A stretch of 64,000 bases of DNA, filler included, from Asterionella formosa (taxonomy: Eukaryota), in NCBI GenBank assembly GCA_002256025.1. It is 5 parts of 5 records of this genome, joined end to end, with 100 filler letters (N's around TTAATTAATTAA, not from the genome) between each part and the next. Parts side by side here need not be neighbours in the genome. Positions count along the whole stretch, not along the records: positions 1 to 13,049 come from NKIB01006995.1; 4 more parts are not named here. One strand, given 5' to 3'. Position 1 is the first letter of the stretch, and each line of letters begins with the position of its first letter. Positions 1 through 10,097 of this stretch are shown here, piece by piece. A program made the position numbers and the translations under genes. The notes under the pieces are model-generated. The model worked only from the letters and a program-made list of their open reading frames with translations, made no database searches and had not been told where the DNA came from.

Positions 1-220
1 AGCCATTTCGTTTTCATTGGATTTCTTTTCAAGCTCTTAACAGTTTGCATACAAACATACTGTGCACTGTAGATGATGATCAATCGAAAACATATGATGA
101 CTTGAACGACAAATGGAGATTTTGTCACAAGCCCTCGTTCCTCTCAACATGGCTGTTTTGTCATTGTTGCAAGAATCAGAGTGAGGATTGGAGAGGATGA
201 TGAACCAAACCACATTATTT

Positions 221-440
221 TAGCTGGCACATTATCCTACCAAGATATTTAAATAAAGGAACCTAATAGAAACAATACATATAATAATTAAATATACATA
301 GTCAAAAGGGTTACTATTTAAATTATGTGGGCATTTATCAAAATTATTACATAATATAACGAAAAATTATGATCAGATGATCATACTAAGCAATCCTACT
401 ATGATGCATCATAGGAATATGATTGTTTTTATTTGCAGAC
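221..440. repeat. AT-rich dispersed repeat; diverged inverted copy at 63790-64000
   Basis: The reverse complement of 63790-64000 aligns along its length (e.g. gtcaaaagggttactatttaaatta, aacgaaaaattatgatcagatgatca, tttttatttgcagac). Confidence 0.9.
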
Positions 441-684
441 ATGTCCAACCCATTCAGGCGATGATGAATTCAATGATAGCTTCAAATGTGCTATCAAGGC
501 AGCAATCATTGCAATCTCCAAGCAAAACAACACCGAGTACAAATGCACAACCATCTTCATCTGCATCTATAGAATTTCAAACCCCAAATGATAATGATGG
601 TGACAAAACAAAAGCAGTAGTAGTGATGACGAATAAGTTAAATGAATATAGTAAATCTAAGTCTTTGAAAAATTACTCTATGAC

Positions 685-1888
685 TTAAAATGCATATCTG
701 TTAGCACTTCTATGCAAATAGGGCATGTAAACTGAAGCAATTTGATTCTTACTGACTGTACTGGCGCGAAAATTGTATAGTACTACTAAAACAATCATTT
801 GGAGTATAAGTTTCCTTTCACCATTCTCTTTTTAACGAAATTTATCTTTCATCCTGGGAAACAACCCCTGAAGACACCTCATTCTCTATTCAGACAACTG
901 CCTGACTGAAGTTCTTTGACGATTTATGCCAAATCTACGTCGAGAATTACCATTTGCATCCACATTATTTTGATGGGATTTTAGCATTGGATTTGATTTC
1001 TTAGATGCAAATGCTGAATTCACAACCACTTTTTTACCTGTATCCCTGTAAACCATTTCCATTAGATCATAGATCGAAGACCAAATTGCCATGGTAGAGT
1101 TGTGGAGAACACCAGGTCCATTAAAATAAGAGCAACGAATTTTTCCATCAGGAGAAAAAAGAAACAAGTTTGTCACATAGTGTTCATGAGTGAGTCCAAC
1201 CATTGTAGAAATCCTTTCATTTCCAGGTCGTTGCAGGGTGAGTTTCAGACCATCCATTGCTCCCCAAAATTTGTTTATCAAAGGGCACTTCTTATGAATA
1301 ATGGATGCAAATAAACGAGGTTTTGGCTGCAGTAGGTAGTCAAACAATGGCATCTTCATTAGTCCGAAGCACTTTGACAATCATCCGCCTTGAGAACTGC
1401 AACCAAATGCTCAAGGAACCATGAGTTAAGCCGAAAATGATCTGAAGAATCATATAGGATCCACGAGTTCTAGTCCATGCCAGCCCAAGTGCCAGACAAC
1501 TGATGGAGCACAGCAATCTGGATCGACTGGATTTTGTTATTGAATTCTTGGCAATGAATTCCGTTTTTTTTCGACAGGGAGTAAAATCAAAATAAGGCTT
1601 GAATAGCTGGTATAGGAGCTCGAAGGAAGCATGATCGAACCCACACAATGTGATGAGGGCATCATCATGCTTGCTATTGAACAAATCCCAGAATGGACTG
1701 GACAATAGATGCTGTAGTGCATGGTGCCGGATTTTGCCACTTCTTCTTCTGATCTCATCAACAGTCAAAATTTCATGAAATGATGCTGTCTTGTTTATGG
1801 CTAGATCACATGCTGCTAGCAGTGTAGTAGCTAATGTGATAATCAAATCATCACCATAATCATCAGGAGATGAGAGGTCAGCCGACAT
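685..1888 (-). mobile_element. Degenerate PIF/Harbinger (DDE_Tnp_4-type) transposase
   Basis: Split ORFs 1340-1888 and 886-1380 contain an HTH-like region (LALGLAWTRTRGS..LQIIFGL), WGAMDGLKL, NLFLFSPDGKI..NGPGVLH, VVVNSAF and RQLSE*..LQGLFPRMKD, ending LYNFRA..NQI. Frameshift and stops are present. Confidence 0.8.
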
Positions 1889-2494
1889 GGTCAGAGACTG
1901 ACACTGATGAAATTATGGATAACATGTATTCAGTGTACAAGAGGAGGCGTGACACACCAGAGAATGCGTCACTATGAACATTTAACTGTTATAAATTAAA
2001 GTTAAATTAATATTTACTGTGAGATAAGTAATCAAATATAATTCGAGTATCAGAGCGCAATGACGATGTTATATACCGGTATTATATAGCAAAAGATATT
2101 TGTGAAGTAATAATTTTGGCACAAATTTTATTTTGGTATTTCGAAGCACGCCCAGGATAACCTGACATAAGCTAGATTATAGGCAAAGTGGCATAACACG
2201 TAACACTACATATGTGTTGACATGGCCACACTTTGATACATATACTTGAGCTTAAACAGTTCTTTATGATTTCTTCTTTTACTTTGATCTCTCCTCTTGA
2301 ACGTTTGCTTCATCTTTATCTCTTCACGAGATCTTTACACATAGGTAAAAGGAAACAAATTGCAGAAAAGGCTGGCATCTCTCTTGGAATCAGCTTCAGT
2401 CCGTTCACTACTGGGACAGGCAAGAACAAAGTTGGTGCAGCTATTTAAACAAAAACACAAATTAAAATTATGTAGAAACATTACAAGAAAGCGA

Positions 2495-4684
2495 TCATTG
2501 GGACAGAGTCTGCTGACGGCCATCGGCCAGGGCTTTGATGGCTCTGGCGGCATCTTCAGCTTTGGGCATGTTCATTTGTTGCAGGCAAAAGTTTTCAGGC
2601 TTGCCATCTCGCGTTATATGATGAGGAACCTCATACAGCATCTGCGCCAATTGGCGTTCCTCTGGAACTGTCCCTCGCTCATACAGACTCATGAGTAACA
2701 AGTCCCCTTCAGTGTGGACAGCTGCGCAGTGAGCTTTACCCAAAGTCACACAACAAGTTGCGGCCAACTTGGCATGGGCAAGCTCCTCTTTAGTAACGTT
2801 ACCACGCTTGTCGAAGTGGCAGTTGAGAATGTACATGATGCTGTCCAAGATACCTTCGTCGAGTAAGAGGCGAGCCCGCTGTTTGTCTTTTGAGTGGTTA
2901 ATAATTTCCTCCATGGCCTCGTTCTTTTCCTCCATAGTCGTATTTACCGACGCCATGACATCCAGCCACGCCCTAGGTTGTTGGGAGGGCTCCAAGCCAT
3001 GAATTTGCTGTACTGGTACAATCCTTCCGTTCCTCAAGCACGCCACACGCCGATTTTTAGACTGCCCTTGACTAGGCTTTTCATGTGATACACTCGTACC
3101 CTTGACACTGCGATCATCGCCCTTTACAACATTATCGGACTTTCGAATAGTCGAAACTTCATCTTTCGTCATACGCTCGTCTGATTGAAAGCACTGCTTC
3201 ATCTCCATCGGAAGCTTGTTGTTAGTCTCGTGAAATCCTGCTGCACATGTTGACGACAAGGCTTCACTCGCATTCATTGCTGACTCGTGCGCTCGCTGGA
3301 GAGCGGCAGTCGCCTTGGTTCGGACGTTATTCCGCTGTTCCACTGGAATTTGCATGACACCAACGCCTATCCCGACCGTTGCGGCACCCACCAAGAGGCC
3401 GACAGGACCCAGAATCAAGGTTCCAACGGTAGCGGCAACGGCAACACCAGCAGCTGTCTTCACGACTGGTGTGTCCAGAGAGTGGCAGTAGTGCTCGACA
3501 TCTGCCCGAGTCAGCAATGGAGATGCGAAATTTGGATCTTCCACTGATTCTTTCTTTTGATAAGCAGCGGCTGCTTGTCGATTTTCTTCGAATCCAACGG
3601 AATCTTCTTGATCAAAGATTACTGAGTCATCTTGGTCGCTGTCGCGGTCCCCGTAGTCAAAAGTGTCATCGTCCCTGGGCGGTGGAGTGAGAAGATGGGA
3701 TGAGTTTGCGTGCAAGTCATATTGAGACCGGGAACCCTCCGTTTCGTAAGAACTACTGGACATACTGCGTGTCATGACAGAAGGTCTGCGTCCTTCTGGG
3801 AGCATATCGCCCTTGCGCAGTTTCGGCATGACAGGAGCATCCATTATTTGACGAACACTCGTCAACGTGGCTTCGTCGTCAGTAGGGTCGACCGGAGAAT
3901 GCCTCGAATACGTAGGATGGCTAAATACCAATGGTGTCGATCGCGTTTCCACATATTCTTGGTCTACGTTTTGCTGGAGTTGTCCTCGGGATCGTTGCTC
4001 ATATGGACGGCCCATTGAATTCCTGTTAGATTCCTTGCTGATTGAATGACCACCAAGTCCATCAGAGGATGATCTGCGATTGGCTGATTCGGGCGATGGC
4101 TGCTGCCGGCGGGAGGATTGCTTTGGAACTCTCGTTGACGAGTCATTGACTTGGGGAGGTGGTCGAGTGCTGTTCCTCTCAGTTGTTCGAGTACCCTCTT
4201 CTGTTCGATGAACTTGCTTGGCCTTACTGAGTTGCATCTGTTTCCTTTGTTGCCTGGCTCGTCGTCGTTCTGATAACGACGCTGGTGCAGATTGGCGGGA
4301 AGACGAGGCCCCCGGCGACCCGCCTGGCGACGACACTTCTTGTGATGACCCACCTGGTGACGACATGTGTGGTGTCTCTCCAGTGCGATCTACTTCCTTT
4401 TGCAACCGGCTTCGCCTCAAATGAGAGGTAGTACTTGTGGTCGACGCATTGTCACTCATGTCGACTCTCGCCAAGGCGCTCAAAATAGCCTCGCTTCGTT
4501 GTCGATGATCCGATAAGCCACTTTCCGATCGTGGCCCAGTGAGTCCGCTGACTCGCGACAGATCGCTTTGGTTGCGAGAGACTCTCACTTCGATGCCGTG
4601 TTTAGGTGAATAAGGAGGGGGCTCTGTGCGTTTTCCAGCATTCTGGGCTTCGAAGGACGCAATGCGACTTCTGACGATTGACAT
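2495..4684 (-). CDS. Hypothetical protein (~730 aa): disordered Ser/Arg-rich N-half, Gly-rich hydrophobic hairpin, helical C-terminal domain
   Basis: Uninterrupted 2.3-kb ORF; first plausible ATG at 4684 (MSIVRSRIASFE); segment AAGVAVAATVGTLILGPVGLLVGAATVGIGVGVM. Confidence 0.75.
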   Translation of the reverse strand: MSIVRSRIASFEAQNAGKRTEPPPYSPKHGIEVRVSRNQSDLSRVSGLTGPRSESGLSDHRQRSEAILSALARVDMSDNASTTSTTSHLRRSRLQKEVDRTGETPHMSSPGGSSQEVSSPGGSPGASSSRQSAPASLSERRRARQQRKQMQLSKAKQVHRTEEGTRTTERNSTRPPPQVNDSSTRVPKQSSRRQQPSPESANRRSSSDGLGGHSISKESNRNSMGRPYEQRSRGQLQQNVDQEYVETRSTPLVFSHPTYSRHSPVDPTDDEATLTSVRQIMDAPVMPKLRKGDMLPEGRRPSVMTRSMSSSSYETEGSRSQYDLHANSSHLLTPPPRDDDTFDYGDRDSDQDDSVIFDQEDSVGFEENRQAAAAYQKKESVEDPNFASPLLTRADVEHYCHSLDTPVVKTAAGVAVAATVGTLILGPVGLLVGAATVGIGVGVMQIPVEQRNNVRTKATAALQRAHESAMNASEALSSTCAAGFHETNNKLPMEMKQCFQSDERMTKDEVSTIRKSDNVVKGDDRSVKGTSVSHEKPSQGQSKNRRVACLRNGRIVPVQQIHGLEPSQQPRAWLDVMASVNTTMEEKNEAMEEIINHSKDKQRARLLLDEGILDSIMYILNCHFDKRGNVTKEELAHAKLAATCCVTLGKAHCAAVHTEGDLLLMSLYERGTVPEERQLAQMLYEVPHHITRDGKPENFCLQQMNMPKAEDAARAIKALADGRQQTLSQ

Positions 4685-5539
4685 GACGATGTGTGGAAGT
4701 TCGGGGTATGAACAGGAGCTACCTGCGGAAATCAGTAAGTATACCGGTAGTTCGCTTCCTTGTGACGGCGAAGAGAGTGCACCAATTCTTGAGCAACGGC
4801 AAATCAAAGAACAAGCAACGAAAGAGACAACGATGGAACGTTCTCCTTTCTAGAATGCTCTTCTGTCACAACTTTCCAGGTATGTACTGGTAGTTGTGTA
4901 TTTTGGTTTTTATGCACGGTGAAATTGGGTTCACATTGTTGCCGAAGTGCGCGAGAGCGTATCGTGTTGCCGGGGCTGAACTGGCAGCCAGCTTACAGAC
5001 GAAATCTCAACTGTATATTTTATATATGTCAACTCTTTGCTGAGGCATTGGCACTATCATTGAAGATACTCGGTAGTCTGTGGTAAGTACCTGGTACTCC
5101 TAGATACCAAAGTACTGGTACCACGGCAAATTCTTTACGCAGGCTCTAGTGGGCCTACCGGTACTCAAGGCGTTTTCCGTTGGAGACCAGGAGAGGCGTG
5201 CGCTTGGAAGCCGGATGGCGTGCAGAGAAAGGTACGAGAAGAATAATTGACGTTCCCGCAAAAAATTTTAATTTTGGTGATGTCGACCGTATACAACCAC
5301 ACCGCAGACACCACAAATTCTTACTATCGCTCAGTCACCACCTTGATGCCGTCCACGCTACCCCTGGTACCAGGTACCTGGTACCCTGGTACCTGATAAT
5401 AGGTACCTCAGGTAATCACAACGTACGGGAGAACGGTGTGTACATTTTTGGGGTCATCATCAAGCTCTGTATGGACTTGCGCCCCTTAACTTCTCAGATT
5501 TGTCTCTCTCTATTTAATGCTGGTGCCCAGTAAGTTTTT

Positions 5540-5620
5540 TGCGGTCATTTTGCTAAAATAAACAATTTAAAATAGGATAAAGAAAGCTAAAGTTTTAGTT
5601 TCAGCACAAGTACCGCCACT
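5540..5620. repeat. Dispersed repeat fragment shared with 26741-26820
   Basis: gcggtcattttgctaaaat(a/c)aacaat(t/c)taa...aagaaagctaaa occurs at both sites in the same orientation. Confidence 0.75.
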
Positions 5621-6549
5621 TTGACAGCTCGTGTACAGGTGGCACCAGGTACCTATATATACTGGTATATAAAAGTGACTTCGGGTCAGGCATCTTGACT
5701 TCCCTTTCGTGTACCGGTTGTGGTAACCGTATGAACCGTGCAGGTACATACGGTAACCTCCGTACTTCCTCGCGACGCGGAAAATTCCTTAGGTGGATCG
5801 TGGACAGACCTCGGTATATTTATTCCAAATGTCTGGCGGAATTGGTAGTCGCGCGTTCTTCTGCGAACACATGCAATATGTTGTGCTTCAAACTAGGCAT
5901 ATGCAAAGAGCAATTAATTTTGATGGTAAAAAGAATTCTAACTTTTTGCATTGTTTTTTAGCTAAATCAATTTCGTTTTGTCACTCCAAACAAGAGAAAG
6001 GAAATGAGGGTCAATCGAAAACCATAACATTCATTTGTCAGCCAATCTTGGCCACATTTTAGACTAAAGCTTTAACATTCTTTATGGTGAGCTTCAATCT
6101 GACATGTGACATGATTGGCTGAGAGATGAAGAAGTTGAAAATTGCGAAGTAACAATAACATATTTATTGACTTTTAGATCTGGTATGCTTCAACCACATG
6201 GAAACAGCATGTAGAAGCAGTTTCATCACAATAAAGCTCCTAGACAAACCACTCATTAAAAAAAAGAGGATTGTTACAATGATGAGCTTGATTCAAGCAG
6301 CAATTACTCTACTGCTAACTGGGATGTTTTGCCCCGCTTTTCCACAGTGCTGTTGACCTTGAAGCATGCTAACCGCATGCCATGAGTGCTACCATTTTAC
6401 AGAAATAAATCGAAAAGTTGTCTTTATTTGAATGAAGCTTGTGGAAACAACAATGAATGGGTTGAAAGCACCCTCTTCATCCAACAACCAACAAGTGCCA
6501 CAATGGAAATGTCACCCACTAACAAGGCATCAAATGCTATCACAAGCGC

Positions 6550-6864
6550 CACAACAGCAACACAAAACATCTACAAAATCAAGAGCAAGAGGAATGTTTT
6601 CAACACACACAAGTGACAACAAGCGCCCAAAACAAGTAACAAGCACGCAAGCGCCGAAGTGACAATGATACCGGAAGATCTCAGTGCCAAGAACCAACAC
6701 AAGGCATAATGAGCACCACAACAGCAATCATGACATCTACGAAATCAAGACCAGAACAAGCAAGACAATTTTCACAACACACAAACGCCCTCAAGAAGCA
6801 ATAACCAACAAGCACAATGGTACCAGAAGATCTGATTGCCAAGAACCAACACAAGGCATAATGA
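6550..6864. repeat. Imperfect tandem duplication (~150-165 bp units)
   Basis: Both units run from cacaacagcaa...catctac.aaatcaaga to gccaagaaccaacacaaggcataatga. Confidence 0.7.
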
Positions 6865-7599
6865 TAATCAAGCAAGAAATAAACGATTTCATTAAGAAAT
6901 ACATTGTTAGCATAATACTACTCCTTTACACTATAGCTTCAATGGCGCTTTTTTGTTTGATTGATTTTCGACTAGAAATAGTGAAGCTCTACTAGTCCTA
7001 GCAAATACGACTTACTGTCACACCATGATACATGAAAGATATACGACGATACTGTCCCTATTTTTTTATGACAAACTTCACCCGTTTACTGTAACAGTCG
7101 TACATATTCTCCAAGCAATGAATCCAAATAGATAGGACTGTTGCTTTTTAGATCCGTAGTGGTCTTTAAAGTTACCGCCATGGTTGTTTGAAAATCACTA
7201 CCGGTGGCTTTGTCGTGTTAATTGATTCTTAGGGGTATCAAGTCAATTTTTACCAATAATTATTACAGAGCATTTTTCATTCAGTTAGAAGCAGTCAATT
7301 TGGAAAGAAGAAAATTGCTAATGCTCTCGTCGGATCAATGCGCAACTGTTAGAACATAACTAATTCATGAGTGGTTTTGATCTTTCAGGATAATTGAAAT
7401 CAAACAGTATAATTGTTGTAAGTTATAAATAACATTGATGGAAAGATTTATGTGCTCTTGTGCGATATTCGACTGACACGTTATTATTCAGAAATATTCG
7501 AAAATACATAAGTCAATCCAGAATGGGAATCATTTGTTGTGGTGTAAACAAGCAATACAAATGTAACAACTTGCTGCTTCTCATTGTCACTATGATTAA

Positions 7600-9460
7600 G
7601 ATATCAAAATGAATTGTAAATGGAGAAGCATCTCATTTCGATAGCACCTATTCAAAAGAGCAAACGGGCAATCATATGTAAACTGAAGTAAGACATAAGA
7701 GGATAAACAAGCAAACAGTGGTGATATGAGGAGGGAAAGCAGAACAAGAAGGTAGATGAGTAGTTGGCGAACAATTCCTTTCGAATTTGAGTGACAGTGA
7801 GGACAGTTGGTTTGTCTGCAATCGATGTGAGAAGTGTGGGAAGCAAGGGAAGGCTCAGTAAAAATCGCCATCGAGCTACAGTAATCAAAGAACAAGCGAT
7901 GGTGTTGTCATAGTTTAAGGTTGGCGGCCGAAATGACGGTTAGCAGGTTGAAAGATAGAAATGATTTCTAATTATAGTAAAATTAAAATCTATTTCACCA
8001 TATTCACTTTGTTTAGAATTAAGATCATGTTATGATAGATTTATGGTGAAAAATGTACATCATAGGATAATGTTTTGATAATTATATGGTTTGTTATTTA
8101 TTATAAGTATGCTTGTCATGATCATATACATATTCTATACATTTATCATACATATAACAAATAAGTATCATGTGGCAAAAAATTCTGTGCCACATATCAT
8201 AAAATAACCATGATCTTCTAAATAGGATATTTTTATTGCAGATGATGTCGCGTGACTATTGCGTTTTCCTTGCCTTGGCCATTCATCTTGAGACATAATG
8301 TATGGAGTAAGGTGCATCACCCAAAAATCCATCGGTGTTGTCGCTAAGAACCAACGATAGATCAAATGCTAAAAGAAAATCTTATACAATTCTGCGCGAT
8401 GATGTATGGGAAAATCGAGGGTTCAAATGAATGAACAATGGTTTAATTGGCACACACACCCTTCGGAAGTAAACATCAAAACATGCAAGACAAAATGGCT
8501 GCTCTAGGGATGACGTTGCGCTCCATGTACGCTGGAAACGGTGCACAGAACAAGTTGACACTTACATTGATGTTGATCTAACCTATCCAGACGCCAAAGT
8601 TGCGATAGCCCTTTGTATTGGCGCCTCATGTAAGTATCATGTCAAAACAGTGTGTCTGATGATTGGCTTCTGCAATATGTAGCGCTGAATATACGCATGG
8701 AGTTTCCACGCGATGTGGCACTGACGCTGGCATGTCCACTGCTTTGGGCGGTTTTTGGAGCCAAGTCTACAGGGCTTCTTACCAGCAGGCAAGCTGACAC
8801 ACCGGATCCAGATGGCATATGCACTTGTAAGTAATCTTCCAAAAGGTATAAATACTGTGGGAAAACGGCTAATTTTTGTCAATGGTGCAGAGGCGGAACT
8901 CTACATAGACGATATTGGGGATCCAGATGATTTTTGGACAATGTGCTGAGAAAAAGTGGCTGCAATGTCAATAGGAGTAGCTGCAGTGTCAACAGGACAG
9001 ATTGGAGGAGGAGGCGGACAGCACCAAAAACAACAATCCATCAACGCATTTAGTCAGAGAAACGAGAACAAGAATGAAGTCCTTGGGCTGTACTCACAGC
9101 AAAGGGAGTCTCAACGGTATGTGAAAAAGATGCATTGCCAGCTTGCTATCCTTACGAGCACCATGAGTAAGGGGATGTGCAAGATGCAGACAAATTTAAA
9201 TCGACTTTCCCAAATGCCAGCACAAATGCTCAGGGGCAATGTTTCTACTGTTGCTTCCAGTGTAACAAATGCCAACAACAACCCAAATTCAAACATCGAA
9301 AATTTTGCTGTAGGAACCAAGAACAACAACCATGCAAGCAATGATGACAAACAGCCATGGCTGTAGATCCTGTTTATAATAGTAGCCTTTCCAAGACAAA
9401 AAAAACACTATTTGTTCTTTGGCACGAATGGGAAGAAATTGGAATTGCAGGACGAAAGAA
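7600..9460 (+). mobile_element. Degenerate Crypton (tyrosine-recombinase DNA transposon) with GCR1_C-like tail
   Basis: Manual translation gives DYCVFLALAIHLE (~8250) and LIGTHTLRK*..ARQNGCSRDDV..RWKR..QVDTYIDVDLTYPDAKVAIALCIG (8443-8620; HxxR, W and Y catalytic positions), then LACPLLWAVF and LSKTKKTLFVLWHEWEEIGIAGRK (GCR1_C-like). Multiple stops and frameshifts; the 5' boundary is approximate. Confidence 0.8.
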
Positions 9461-10097
9461 GCATTACATTCTCATTTCATTTACAGTATACATTATCACG
9501 TCATTGTTATATTCGCATTACATGATAGCATGCATAACCTGGTATATTATGGCTATTTATACATACAAGCTATATTTAAGATATATATATTTTACCTGTG
9601 TGGATGCATGTGAGGTGACTTTAAACAAGTACCAGCTACATGGTTCTACCGGTACTGGGTACACAGTGTAAGTTTGTACGACATCAACATTTTGCCGCCC
9701 CATCTGCAGTCGTATTTGGACTCTCGCCATCACTCTCCACATTTACTTGTACTGAACATAATTAATATCCGAGACATCACAGACAATCTGATACAGTACA
9801 GGTTCTCTACAATATATATATTTCTATATACCGGAATATATATCATTGATCAATTTCGTCACAAGGGGAGAAGTTGTAAATATACTCCTACATAATATAT
9901 ATGTACCGGTACCACCCCGCCTGCCCGTGGTAGATAAAAAGCACGTTCACCGCAATTTTTAATCATCTTTTTTTTAATGTAGCCTCTCTGATAAATGAAT
10001 CAAAAGATACTTGAACCTATATTGCTGCTTGTCATCTGTGATTTATCTGGTGCTGATTTGCTGTTTAGTAACTAAACGCTATACCACATCCTCATCC

